From positions 1,144,067 to 1,208,066 of the forward strand of contig JADJTL010000001.1 in the NCBI GenBank assembly GCA_016711215.1: a stretch of DNA of 64,000 nucleotides, read 5' to 3'. The notes beneath the pieces are model-generated. The model did no database searches, was not told where the DNA came from, and was given only the letters and a program-made list of their open reading frames with translations. Shown in pieces: positions 19,584-29,055 of the stretch (positions are counted from its first letter, which is position 1; each line of letters starts with the position of its first letter). The position numbers and the translations under genes are program-made. The DNA is from Pseudomonadota bacterium. Lineage in GTDB: Bacteria > Myxococcota_A > Polyangia > GCA-2747355.

Positions 19584-21833
19584 GTGGAACTCGTCGTCAC
19601 CGGCCCCATCAAGCTCGAAGCCGTGCTCGCAGCCGAGCTGCGCGCCTTCGGCGCGAGCAGCGTCCGCGAGCTCGAGGGCGCAGTGGCGGCGACGGGTGGG
19701 CTCGAGCTGGCCTACCGCGCCTGTCTCTGGTCACGCGTGGCCAGCCGCGTGCTCGTGCCCGTGGCGCGCTATCGCGCCGAGAACGCCGAGGCGATCTATC
19801 AGGGCGCGCGGCGGGTGCCGTGGGTCGAGCACCTCTCGGTCGACGCCACGCTCGCGCTCGATGTCGACGGCAATACCGCCACGAACGTCGATAACACGCG
19901 CTTCGCGATGCTGCGGGTCAAGGACGCGATCGTCGACGAGCTGCGCCAGCGCACGGGGCGACGTCCGACGATCGATGCGCGCGACGCTGCCCTGCGGGTT
20001 CACGTCTACCTGCGCGGCGACGAGGTCCAGCTCGGCATCGACCTGGCGGGGCGAGGGCTGCACCGGCGCGGCTATCGGGAGTCCGTCGCTGCACCGCTGA
20101 AGGAGAACGTCGCTGCGGCGCTCTTGCTCTTGGCCGAGTGGCCGGCGCTGGCAGCCGAGGGCGGCTGGCTGGTCGATCCGATGACGGGGTCGGCGACGCT
20201 GCCGATCGAGGCGGCGCTGATGGCCTGCGATGTGGCACCGGGGCTGCTCAGTCAGCCGCGGGGCTTCCTCGCCTGGCGTGGCCACGACCCTGCCCTCTGG
20301 CAGCGCCTGCAGCGCGAAGCGCGGGGGCGCGACCTGCGCGAGCGCCTGCGCGGCGATGGACGCGGGCGGCGTTGGAGATTGACGGGCCTCGACCGCGATC
20401 CCGGCGCGCTGCGCGCCGCACGCCGCGCTGTCGAGAGCGCTGGCCTGCAGCAGCTGGTGCACCTCGAGCGACGGGGGGTCGATGAACTCGCGACCTGGCC
20501 GGCAGGGGAGGCGAGCGGTCGCGCGACGCTGCTGGTCTGCAACCCGCCCTATGGGGAGCGACTGGGTGAGGCGGCGGCGCTCAAGGGACTCTACCTGGCC
20601 TTCAGTCGGCTCTTGCACCAACGCTTCTCCGGCGCCACCGCCTGGGTCCTGAGCAGTGATGCCAAGCTCACACGCTGCCTCGGGCTGAAGGCGACGCGCA
20701 GCCAACCGGTGAGCAACGGCGGAATTGCCTGCCGTTGGCTGTGCTACCCGATCGCCCGGTCGCCTGCGCCTGCCGCGACACTCGCGCCCTCGGCGCTGTC
20801 CGCGCCAGCGGAGACGCCGACGCCCGCCGACGCGCCTGCGCCGCGCGCCCTGGGGGAAGCGGGCGGACCGACCTTGCTGCGCCTGGCGCATAGCGCCCAG
20901 GCGGAGGCCTTCGCCAACCGCTTGCGCAAGATGGCACGCCACTGGCGGCGCTGGGCGAAGCGCAGCGGGGTGCAATGCTATCGCGTCTACGACGCCGACA
21001 TCCCCGAGTATGCAGCGGTCATCGACGTCTACGAGCAGTGGGTGCATCTGCAGGAGTACGCACCGCCGGCGACGGTCTCGCCGGAGCGAGCCGAGGAGCG
21101 GCTGCACGACATGGCGCTGCTGACGGCGGAGGTGCTGCAAGTCGGCGCCCAGGATCTCTTCGTCAAGGTGCGGGAGCGCCAGCGTGGGGGCGGTCAGTAC
21201 ACGCGACTGGCGCGCAGTGGAGCGTTCCACGTCGTGCGCGAGGGCGGCCACAGATTCTGGGTCAACCTGGCCGATCGGCTCGACACGGGGCTCTTCCTCG
21301 ATCAGCGGCAGGTGCGCGCGTTGGTTGCGCAGGAGAGCGCCGGCAAGCGCGTGCTCAACGCCTTCTGCTACACGGCGGCGACGACGGTCTATGCGGCCAA
21401 GGGCGGCGCAGTGGAGTCCGTGTCGGTCGACCTCTCAGCGACCTATCTCGATTGGGCCCGACGCAACTTCGTGCTCAATGGCGTCGACGAGGGGCGGCAT
21501 CGCCTCGAGCGCGCTGACTGTCGCGAGTGGCTGGCACACGATCGTCAGCGCTACGATCTGATCTACCTCGACCCACCGACCTTCTCGCGCTCGAAACGGA
21601 TGAGCGGGGATTTCGATGTTCAGCGCGACCAGCTGCCGCTGATCGCCGCGGCGCGTGCCCGGCTGGCGCCGGGTGACGTGCTGATCTTCGCGACCAACGC
21701 GCGTCGCTTCCGCCTGGAACCCGAGGCCGTCGCCGGCGCCGATTGTCGCGAGCTCACGGCCGCCACGCTGCCGCCTGACTTCGCGCGCAGCCCGCGACTG
21801 CGCCAGGTGTGGCGCATCGGACCGGCCCGCTGA
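19584..21833 (+). CDS. rlmL: Bifunctional 23S rRNA methyltransferase RlmKL (THUMP plus two class I SAM-MTase domains)
   Basis: 749-aa ORF (GTG start). The N-half has a THUMP-like region and the NPPYGERLG motif. The C-half has a second MTase (LNAFCYTAATTVYAA, IYLDPPTFS). An Ala/Pro-rich linker separates the halves. Confidence 0.85.
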   Translation: MELVVTGPIKLEAVLAAELRAFGASSVRELEGAVAATGGLELAYRACLWSRVASRVLVPVARYRAENAEAIYQGARRVPWVEHLSVDATLALDVDGNTATNVDNTRFAMLRVKDAIVDELRQRTGRRPTIDARDAALRVHVYLRGDEVQLGIDLAGRGLHRRGYRESVAAPLKENVAAALLLLAEWPALAAEGGWLVDPMTGSATLPIEAALMACDVAPGLLSQPRGFLAWRGHDPALWQRLQREARGRDLRERLRGDGRGRRWRLTGLDRDPGALRAARRAVESAGLQQLVHLERRGVDELATWPAGEASGRATLLVCNPPYGERLGEAAALKGLYLAFSRLLHQRFSGATAWVLSSDAKLTRCLGLKATRSQPVSNGGIACRWLCYPIARSPAPAATLAPSALSAPAETPTPADAPAPRALGEAGGPTLLRLAHSAQAEAFANRLRKMARHWRRWAKRSGVQCYRVYDADIPEYAAVIDVYEQWVHLQEYAPPATVSPERAEERLHDMALLTAEVLQVGAQDLFVKVRERQRGGGQYTRLARSGAFHVVREGGHRFWVNLADRLDTGLFLDQRQVRALVAQESAGKRVLNAFCYTAATTVYAAKGGAVESVSVDLSATYLDWARRNFVLNGVDEGRHRLERADCREWLAHDRQRYDLIYLDPPTFSRSKRMSGDFDVQRDQLPLIAAARARLAPGDVLIFATNARRFRLEPEAVAGADCRELTAATLPPDFARSPRLRQVWRIGPAR

Positions 21834-21866
21834 GCGCCGCGCGCGGGACGCGATCGGGGCGCTTCG

Positions 21867-22784
21867 TCAGCGGGATGGCGGGTCGCCTGGCAGCGCGCGC
21901 TCGCCGAGCAAGGCCCCGTAGCCCTCGCGAAAGGTCGGATAGCGGAGCGCGTAGCCTGAGGCGAGCAGTCGGCGATTGCTGCAGCGCTTGTTTTGGCCGC
22001 TGCTATGGGCCGTCTCCGAGGGGGTCGCTTCGCTCGTCGGTGGCGATGCAACGCCGAGCTGCTTTGCGATCCACGCCAGCACCTCATTCTGCGGTGCTGG
22101 GTCGCTGTCCGTGCCGAGATAGAGCGGCTGTGGGTCGGCGAGCGTCAGCAGATGCGCGAGCAAGCCCGCGCAGTCATCGCGGTGAATCCGGTTGGTGAAG
22201 CTCGGTGGGCCCCCGTGAAGGCGCGCGGCGCCGCTGCGGACCTGATCGACCAGCCGCGTGCGTCCCGGGCCGTAAATGCCAGTCAGTCGCACGGTCGTGC
22301 CCGGGAAGGACGCGTTGGCCAGCAAGGTCTCGCCGGCCAGCAGGTGCCGGCTGGCTGCTCGCGCGGGCTCGGCGGGGCTCTCCTCGTCGACCCACTCGCC
22401 CTCGTGCTGCCCGTAGACGCTGGTGCTCGAGACGAAGATCACGCGCCGTGGGCGCTGGCGTTGGGCTCGCAGCGCGTCGAGCAGATGCGCCAAGCCGTCG
22501 CGGTAGGTCGCCGCGTAGGCAGCGTCGTCGCCGCGATCCGCCGCGGCGGCGTAGACCACCGCGTCGAGGGCGGGCGGCAGCGCGCCCAGGGTGCTGGGTC
22601 GCGCGAGGTCGGCCTGCAGAGGTTGGATACCCGCGGGTAGGGCGGCGGGCTGGCGGCGCAGGCCCCAGACCTGATGGCCCGCGGCGGCGAGGCGGCAGCC
22701 GAGCTCGGTGCCGACATAGCCGCAGCCAGCGATCAGCACCCGCCAGCAGGCGCTTGGGCTGTAGCGTGTGCCGGTCTCAGGCAT
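21867..22784 (-). CDS. NAD(P)-binding SDR/epimerase-family protein
   Basis: Rossmann motif VLIAGCGYVGTELG near the N-terminus when started at ATG 22784. The longer ORF-track N-terminus overlaps the upstream gene. Confidence 0.7.
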   Translation of the reverse strand: MPETGTRYSPSACWRVLIAGCGYVGTELGCRLAAAGHQVWGLRRQPAALPAGIQPLQADLARPSTLGALPPALDAVVYAAAADRGDDAAYAATYRDGLAHLLDALRAQRQRPRRVIFVSSTSVYGQHEGEWVDEESPAEPARAASRHLLAGETLLANASFPGTTVRLTGIYGPGRTRLVDQVRSGAARLHGGPPSFTNRIHRDDCAGLLAHLLTLADPQPLYLGTDSDPAPQNEVLAWIAKQLGVASPPTSEATPSETAHSSGQNKRCSNRRLLASGYALRYPTFREGYGALLGERALPGDPPSR

Positions 22785-23322
22785 GGGATTGGCCGTCGCT
22801 GGGGTCGAGCTCGATCTGCAAGGCCAGCTCCTCGCCGAGGCGCTCGAGCTGCACCGCGAGCGTCTCCACCGCCGCGTCCGCGGGCAGCTCCACCTCGGCA
22901 TCCAGGTTGAAGACCGGCGTCCCGCTGAAGGCCGCATGGGTGAGGCGCGACTCGAGCGAGGCGATGTTGGCGCCATGCCCGGCGATGAGATCGCCGATGC
23001 GGTGGACGATGCCGGGCTGGTCCGCGCCGGCCAGCCGCACGCGATAGCGGCGTCGCGGGAGGGCGGTCGCTACGGCCCGCGTATCCTTGAGGGCGATGCG
23101 GAACTCGAGCTTCTCGGCCAGCGCTGCGGTGGCCTGCTCGGCTCGCAGGACAGCCTCGGCGGCGCCGCTGAAGAGCAGGATCAAGGCGAACTCCCCCGCC
23201 AAGACCGCCATGCGGCTGTCCTCGAGGTTGCAGCCGGCGGCGTGGATCGCGCCGGAGAAGGCCTTGACGATGCCCGGGCGGTCGGAGCCCACGGCGGTGA
23301 GGACGACGTGACGCTGGTTCAT
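22777..23322 (-). CDS. GcvR-like protein with two ACT domains (glycine-cleavage transcriptional-repressor family)
   Basis: Two tandem ACT-like units (VVLTAVGSDRPGIVKAFSGAIHAAGCNLEDSRM and RVRLAGADQPGIVHRIGDLIAGHGANIASLESR) when started at MNQRH. Confidence 0.7.
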   Translation of the reverse strand: MNQRHVVLTAVGSDRPGIVKAFSGAIHAAGCNLEDSRMAVLAGEFALILLFSGAAEAVLRAEQATAALAEKLEFRIALKDTRAVATALPRRRYRVRLAGADQPGIVHRIGDLIAGHGANIASLESRLTHAAFSGTPVFNLDAEVELPADAAVETLAVQLERLGEELALQIELDPSDGQSHA

Positions 23323-23506
23323 CTCTTGCCTCGCGCCGCCACTCTGCCAAATTCCACGGCTGCTGGCGAGCCGGGGAGGGCGGTGCGGGCGAGCGCGGCC
23401 GCTCACGCGCACTGGCTCGCCTGCGGCGGCTTGGTGTAAGCAAGGGACGAGTCTTGCTGTCGTCTACTGGCGCGTTGCAGGCGCGCTCGGCGCGCGCGAG
23501 GAGCGG

Positions 23507-24148
23507 GTGAGGGACATGGTTGGGAGTGAGCGGCGGCCGATGGTGATCGCGATCGCGGGTGGCACCGGTTCGGGCAAGACGACGGTAGCCCGCGAGCTGG
23601 CGGCGGCCTTGCCGGCAGGGAGCGCGGTGATCCTGGATCACGATGCGTACTATCGCGATCAGCGGACGCTGCCCCTGGCCGAGCGCGCCCAGCTCAACTT
23701 CGATCATCCCGATGCGCTGGAGACAGAGCTCCTGGTGACCCACGTCGAGACGCTGCGGCAGCGTCAGCCGGCGGAGCTGCCGGTCTACGACTTCAAGACC
23801 CATCGCCGGCGCGCGGAGACGCGCCGCGTCGAACCGGCGGCCGTGGTGATCGTCGAGGGCATCCTCGTGCTGGCGCACGAAGCGCTCCGCGCCCTCTGCG
23901 ACCTCAAGGTCTTCGTCGACACCGATGCCGACCTCCGCGTGATGCGGCGCGTGCGGCGCGACATGGAGGAGCGCGGGCGCAGCTTCGCGAGCATTCGCGA
24001 GCAGTACTATGGCACCGTGCGCCCGATGCATTTGCAGTTCGTCGAGCCCTCCAAGCGCTGGGCGGATCTGATCATTCCCGAGGGCGGTCGCAACGCCGTC
24101 GCGCTCGACACGATCGTCGGCAAGCTGCTACATGTCCTCGGCGGATGA
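23507..24148 (+). CDS. udk: Uridine kinase
   Basis: P-loop IAIAGGTGSGKTT, FDHPDA, and the VIVEGI...DTDADLR pattern. 213 aa. Confidence 0.85.
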   Translation: MRDMVGSERRPMVIAIAGGTGSGKTTVARELAAALPAGSAVILDHDAYYRDQRTLPLAERAQLNFDHPDALETELLVTHVETLRQRQPAELPVYDFKTHRRRAETRRVEPAAVVIVEGILVLAHEALRALCDLKVFVDTDADLRVMRRVRRDMEERGRSFASIREQYYGTVRPMHLQFVEPSKRWADLIIPEGGRNAVALDTIVGKLLHVLGG

Positions 24149-24185
24149 GCCCCCCGCGCGCTGGCCTCGGCGCCAGCGGCGGCGA

Positions 24186-24270
24186 GGGATGATGCGAGCG
24201 CGATGGATGCCAGCGAGCGCGATGGATGCCAGCGAGCGCGATGGATGCCAGCGAGCGCGATGGATGATGC
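24186..24270. repeat. 19-bp tandem repeat gcgatggatgccagcgagc (~4.5 copies), ending 16 nt before tRNA-Val
   Basis: Three perfect copies at 24200-24256, flanked by partial or variant copies. Confidence 0.9.
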
Positions 24271-24286
24271 GGCAGAGCAGCAGTAG

Positions 24287-24361
24287 GGGCGGTTAGCTCA
24301 GCGGTAGAGCGCCTGGTTTACACCCAGGTGGTCGGGGGTTCGAACCCCTCACCGCCCACCA
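24287..24361 (+). tRNA. tRNA-Val (anticodon UAC)
   Basis: 75-nt cloverleaf folded by hand. Acceptor GGGCGGT/ACCGCCC, anticodon loop TTTACAC, T-loop TTCGAAC, encoded CCA. Confidence 0.9.
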
Positions 24362-24450
24362 GCAGCGGTGCCCCAGCAGTGGTGCCGCCAGTGGCGGCGC
24401 AGCGGCGCGCGCTGCGCGGACGCGCGTGTCCTGCCGCCAACGGTGTCCTG

Positions 24451-25092
24451 CTAGGAACCGAAGGCAAAGCGCAAATAGCCCAGCGCCTGGAAATCCCAGC
24501 CGGCCGAGTTCAGGTCGGTCTCGGTCGGATCGTCGTCTGCCCCGCCGAAGAAGTAGTGGTAGCCGAGCTGCGGCGTCACGCCGAGCGAGAGGACGCGCCA
24601 GAAAGAATAGCGTAGACCGATCCCGCCGCGTCCCCCCACGCCGCGCGTATTGACGCGTTGGCTGTCGACCAGCTTGCCGTCGAAATCGTGCGTCTGGGCC
24701 TCGAGCGAGCCGAGATAGAAGGTGCCGACCAGGCGCATCACGACGCTGAGCCCGTGGCCGATATCGATCGAGCCATCACCGCCGAGGTTGAGCCCGATCA
24801 GATGCGCGTCGGCATCGCCGTCGAAGAAGCGCAGGTAGTCGAGATAGGCGCTGATGAAGAGCAGTCGCGCACCGACCTCGAAGCCTCCGGCCGGGCCTCC
24901 GGCCCAGCGGTAGAAGTCGCGGCCGGTCTTCCCATTGCCAGTGGCGGCGCCGACGAGGCCCGAGCCCCAGAACTCGAGCACGCGCGCCCCCGCGACGCTG
25001 GGTGCGATCAAGAGCATGCCCGCGAGGAGCGCGGCGCAGGCCGTCCGCGAGCGGCGATCGAGGCAAGCAGTGCTGCACGGGCGGTGTTTCAT
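24451..25092 (-). CDS. Small outer-membrane beta-barrel-like protein (hypothetical)
   Basis: Signal peptide (LLAGMLLIAPSVAGA), alternating hydrophobic and Gly/aromatic-rich strands, aromatic-rich C-terminus (LGYLRFAFGS). ATGA overlap with the upstream gene. Confidence 0.5.
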   Translation of the reverse strand: MKHRPCSTACLDRRSRTACAALLAGMLLIAPSVAGARVLEFWGSGLVGAATGNGKTGRDFYRWAGGPAGGFEVGARLLFISAYLDYLRFFDGDADAHLIGLNLGGDGSIDIGHGLSVVMRLVGTFYLGSLEAQTHDFDGKLVDSQRVNTRGVGGRGGIGLRYSFWRVLSLGVTPQLGYHYFFGGADDDPTETDLNSAGWDFQALGYLRFAFGS

Positions 25093-25832
25093 GTCAGTCG
25101 ACCTCCAAGCAAAGCCGTGATCCGCGCCGCGTCGAACCCCTCGATCAGGGTGCCACCGACGTCGAGCACGGGCACGCCCGACGGCGAGATGCCTTGGCGC
25201 TGGGCCTTGGTCATCAGCTCAGCGCTGGCCGCGGGGTCGCGCTCGATGTCACGTTCGACAAAAGCCACGCCATGCGCCGTCAGCCAGGCGCGAGCCGCGC
25301 GGCAGGCGGGGCACCACGAGGTCGCGTAGAGCACGACGCGAGGCTTGCTCGGAGGCTTGCCCGGCGCCGGCGTGCCCGTGGCCGCGCTGCCGGTCGTCGG
25401 CGTGCCCGTGGCCTCGGCGCCGCCGAGCGCCCGCCGCGGCGCGAGCTGCTCGAAGGTCGCCCGTGGCAGCACGACATAGGGATAGCTGGCGTCGGCTCGC
25501 GCGGCGCGAAGATCGGCGACGTAGACGAGTTGATGGTCCTGGCGCTGACCTGGGCGCAGCGCCAGATCGACGACGCGGACCCAGTCTCGGCTGGCCACGG
25601 GAACGTCGGCCAGCCGGGTCGTCGACGCGAAGGCACCCTGCGCCGCGGCGAAATAGGTGAACAGCAGCTTGCGATCGGCCTTGATTGCCAAGCGCGGCAG
25701 GGATGAGGCCTGCGGCGCCGTGGCTGGGGCGGGCGGGGTTGGCTCCCGGCAGCCGACCAGCGCCGCGAGCATGCTCAGGGCTAGGGGCAGCCCGAAGCCG
25801 ACCTGTCGGTGGGCCGTGAGGGCGATAGGCAT
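25089..25832 (-). CDS. Periplasmic lipoprotein with C-terminal glutaredoxin/thioredoxin-fold domain (CPAC)
   Basis: Lipobox LAALVGC, an unknown N-domain, a Thr/Pro/Gly linker, then VVLYATSWCPACRAARAWL...GVPVLDVGGTLIEGF, typical of the Grx/NrdH fold. Confidence 0.7.
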   Translation of the reverse strand: MPIALTAHRQVGFGLPLALSMLAALVGCREPTPPAPATAPQASSLPRLAIKADRKLLFTYFAAAQGAFASTTRLADVPVASRDWVRVVDLALRPGQRQDHQLVYVADLRAARADASYPYVVLPRATFEQLAPRRALGGAEATGTPTTGSAATGTPAPGKPPSKPRVVLYATSWCPACRAARAWLTAHGVAFVERDIERDPAASAELMTKAQRQGISPSGVPVLDVGGTLIEGFDAARITALLGGRLT

Positions 25833-25859
25833 AGCGGCGAGCTTATAGCACCGGCGACC

Positions 25860-27077
25860 TCAGCGCACCTGCCGTAGCAGCGCCAGCAGGCGGCTGGGAT
25901 CGAGTCCCTCGCCGCCGCGCGCCGCCTCGTGGCCGTCGCTGCCGAGCAGGACGAGCTGCGGCAGCTCGTGGGCGCGGTACTTGGCTTGCAGCGCGCGGTC
26001 GAGGGCGGTGTCGCGTGAGACGTCGACCTTCAGCAGCACGAAGCGGCTGAGCGCGCGTCGCACGGCCGGATGCGTGAGTACGCGGCTCTCCAGCAGCCGG
26101 CAGGGGCGACACCACGAGGCCGAGAAGTCGATCAATATCGGTCGCCGGCGGCGCGTGGCCTGCGTCAGCGCGGCGCTCTCGTCGTGCAACCAGGGCAGCT
26201 TGACGGGTGGTGTCAGCACGAAGTTCAAGAGGCCCAGCAGCGCCAGACTCGCCAGCAGGATGCCGGTGGTCTTGCGCACCACGCGCCAGAGCGGCGCCGC
26301 GCGGAACTCGCGCTGGAGCTGGGCCAGGAGCAGGCCGCCCAGAGCGAGGGCTGCGTTGAAGGCGGCGAAGTGCCACGCGCTCGAGGTGTAGCGCGCCAGC
26401 GGGGTGACGAGGTCCTGCAGGTAGTAGAGCGCCGTCGTGACCAGGGCCACGCCGAAGATCCCGCTGACGAAACGCATCCAGGGGCCGGCCTTCGGGAGAC
26501 TGACGGCGAAGGTCGCGAGCAACCAGAAGAGCACGCCGATGCCGCTGGCATAGCTGAAGAGCAGACTGGCGCCGAGGGCGACGTTGCGGGTGCTGGCGAC
26601 GTAGGCCAGCAGGCCAGCGAGCACCGGGCCGGTGCAGGGCGCGATGATCACACCGCCGACCAACCCCATGGCGAAGGCGCCACGCTTGCCCCGTCCTCCG
26701 ACCAACGCCATGCGACTCGTCAGCCAGTGCGGCAGGTGGATCTCCCAGAGGCCAAACATCGACGCGGCGAGCGCCAGCAGCAGCGCGCAGAGCGGCAGCA
26801 CCACCCAGGGCGACGCCAGCAGACTGCCGGCCGCCCAGCCGCCGAGGGCAGCCAGCACGCCCATGGTCGTATACATCGCCGCGATGCCCATCACGTAGCA
26901 GGTGGCCAACCAGAAGGCCGCCCGGCGCGTCGGCGCGCGGCGCGCGCCAAAGATGCTGACGGTGATCGGTATCATCGGGTAGACGCAGGGCGTCAGGCTC
27001 GTCGCCACGCCGGCGCCGAAGACGCTGAGCAGCGCCCAGCCGGTGCCCCGCGCCAGGGCTTCTTCGAAGGAACCCAT
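25860..27077 (-). CDS. Short DsbD/CcdA-type thiol:disulfide electron transporter with C-terminal thioredoxin domain
   Basis: Started at MGSFEE (ATG 27077). TM-embedded Cys motifs LTPCVYPMIP and IIAPCTGPVLAG. C-terminal LIDFSASWCRPCR. The ORF-track N-terminal 200 aa are Arg/Ala-rich and overlap the upstream gene, so I reject them. Confidence 0.8.
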   Translation of the reverse strand: MGSFEEALARGTGWALLSVFGAGVATSLTPCVYPMIPITVSIFGARRAPTRRAAFWLATCYVMGIAAMYTTMGVLAALGGWAAGSLLASPWVVLPLCALLLALAASMFGLWEIHLPHWLTSRMALVGGRGKRGAFAMGLVGGVIIAPCTGPVLAGLLAYVASTRNVALGASLLFSYASGIGVLFWLLATFAVSLPKAGPWMRFVSGIFGVALVTTALYYLQDLVTPLARYTSSAWHFAAFNAALALGGLLLAQLQREFRAAPLWRVVRKTTGILLASLALLGLLNFVLTPPVKLPWLHDESAALTQATRRRRPILIDFSASWCRPCRLLESRVLTHPAVRRALSRFVLLKVDVSRDTALDRALQAKYRAHELPQLVLLGSDGHEAARGGEGLDPSRLLALLRQVR

Positions 27078-27082
27078 CGGCG

Positions 27083-28996
27083 CTACTCGCTCGCGCCGGC
27101 CAGGCGGTAGACGGCGACCTGCTTCGGCGCCAGCGCCAGGCGTGTCTGGCCCGCGTGCAGCGCCGGCGCGCCGATGGTCAGCGCGCCGCCGCCGGGGCTG
27201 TCGATCAGCGGCGCGCGCGCCTCCCAGCTCCGATTGAGCACCCACAGCAGGGGAGCTCCGTCCGTGGTTTCCACCTCGCGCAGCTGTACCAACGGGTCGC
27301 TGGAGCGCAGCGTCGGCTGGAGCCCCGCGGCGGCCGCCAGCAGGCCGTAGAGCGCTTCGCTCTGGTCCCGCGCGTTGATGTCGGACTGCTCGGCCAGGTA
27401 GTACTCGAGCGGACAGTGCAGCAGCAGCATTTGGCCTGCGCCGTGGCGCTTTCGCGTCAGCGCCGGCCGACCCCGCTGGTCGTGGGCGAGCACCACCGTG
27501 CCATGGCCGGAGAGCGGCTCGATCGGCAACACGGCCCGCGGATAGGGCCGCGCGCCGACCTTGGTCGCGAGCGCCAGCGCGAGGCCGTCGCCGCGCAGCA
27601 GGAGCTCGTCGTCGGGCAGGTCGAAGCAGCCATAGCGCAGCGCATGGCGACAGCCCGTCAGCTCCTCGAAGTTGCTGCACCAGGCGCCCTGATGGAAATT
27701 GTAGTCGCCGCCGAAGTACGACCAGTAAACCGTGGCGCCAGCGCGCGCCGCTTGGAGCAGGGCGCTCCAGGTCGGACTGAGCAGCTTCTGCGTCGCCGGG
27801 GCGAGCAGTAGCTGGTAGCTCCGGTTGGCCAGCGCCGCTTCGGGCACGAGCTCGACCTCGAAGCCGGCCTTCACGCAGAGCACATAGGCCTGCAGCAGCG
27901 TCCGCCGCATGCGGTCGCGCTCTTCCCAGCTGAAGGGGTAGGTGGTGTTGAAGTAGGAGGGCACGATGATCGCGGCCCGCGGGGTCGGCGGGATCAACGT
28001 CGCGGCGTCCACGGCGCGCAAGAGCGCTGCGACTGCGCGGAGCTCGTCACAGGCGGGCTTTTCGCTGCCGTCGGCGCGCGTGATGCCGAAGGTCAGCTCG
28101 AAGGCGTGGTGGTCGTAGGGCGTCTCGTCGGCAAGGTCGAAGTCGCTGTAGCACCAGCCCAGCGCGCCCGCCGCGCCGACGGAAAGACAGCTATGCACCA
28201 CCTCGCGGTAATAGAGGGCCTGCTCCTGCTCGCCGGCCTGATTGGAGGAGCAGCCGAACTCCTCGAAGAGCACGGGCAGCCCGAGATAGCGCAACGAGCG
28301 CACGCAGAATTCGACATTGAGCGCCTGGCGCAGCGGGTCGCTGTCGCCGTAGTAGCTGTGGGGTCCGACGAAATCGAGCGTCCCGCGCAGGGCGTCGACG
28401 TCGAAGCCATTCTGCCCGCCCTTGAGGTTCATCACGCCGTCGCCGAGGCTGAAGGGCCGCGCCGGATCCGCGCTGCGCAGCGCCCGACGCAGCGTCTCGG
28501 CCCAGGCCACGATCGTCTCCGGGCTGCTCTTGCCGCCCCAGAGCGGCATCTCGTTGCTCGCCAGGTAGGCGGCCACCGCCGGGTGGCCGGCGCCCGCCGT
28601 GCCCAGCGCCCGCATCAGCGCCACCTGCCACTCGATCACCTCGCTGGCGCTGTAGGGAGAGCGCCCGTGTTGCCCGGGGAAGTCGAAGTTCTGACCCGAC
28701 ATGTGCCCCACGAGGGCCGAGGGAATCGTGTGCAGCCCGCTGGCCTGGCAGATATCGAAGAACTGACGCAGGCGCTCGATGGGGGCCTGGGCCAGCACCC
28801 CGGGCTGCGGCATGAAGCTCGGAATGAAGGCGAAGCTGCGGCAAACATTGAGCCCGATCGCTCGCATCTGATCGGTCTCGGCGCGCACGCGCTCGGCGTC
28901 GAAGCGCTCCCACATCCGCGGCCCGCCGGCCCGTGACCAGTAGTTGACGCCAAGCAAGAAGGCCGGTCGGCCGTCGAGCGTGAGCAAATGGGACAT
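27083..28996 (-). CDS. Clan GH-A glycoside hydrolase (GH42/GH5-like TIM barrel plus GH42-like C-terminal domains), no signal peptide
   Basis: Started at MSHLLTL. Candidate acid/base YLASNEMP and nucleophile VLFEEFG motifs at the spacing expected for a (beta/alpha)8 GH-A enzyme. Family assignment is tentative. Confidence 0.55.
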   Translation of the reverse strand: MSHLLTLDGRPAFLLGVNYWSRAGGPRMWERFDAERVRAETDQMRAIGLNVCRSFAFIPSFMPQPGVLAQAPIERLRQFFDICQASGLHTIPSALVGHMSGQNFDFPGQHGRSPYSASEVIEWQVALMRALGTAGAGHPAVAAYLASNEMPLWGGKSSPETIVAWAETLRRALRSADPARPFSLGDGVMNLKGGQNGFDVDALRGTLDFVGPHSYYGDSDPLRQALNVEFCVRSLRYLGLPVLFEEFGCSSNQAGEQEQALYYREVVHSCLSVGAAGALGWCYSDFDLADETPYDHHAFELTFGITRADGSEKPACDELRAVAALLRAVDAATLIPPTPRAAIIVPSYFNTTYPFSWEERDRMRRTLLQAYVLCVKAGFEVELVPEAALANRSYQLLLAPATQKLLSPTWSALLQAARAGATVYWSYFGGDYNFHQGAWCSNFEELTGCRHALRYGCFDLPDDELLLRGDGLALALATKVGARPYPRAVLPIEPLSGHGTVVLAHDQRGRPALTRKRHGAGQMLLLHCPLEYYLAEQSDINARDQSEALYGLLAAAAGLQPTLRSSDPLVQLREVETTDGAPLLWVLNRSWEARAPLIDSPGGGALTIGAPALHAGQTRLALAPKQVAVYRLAGASE

Positions 28997-29055
28997 AGCG
29001 TCGGCTCCATCAGCGCTGCTAGCGCGACAGCGGCGCGCTCGGGCGCCGAAGGGGT

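Noticed and set aside
22733-24031. 432-aa minus-strand ORF spanning the gcvR-like and udk loci
   Set aside because: It is antisense or out of frame to two recognisable genes, and its composition is Arg-rich.
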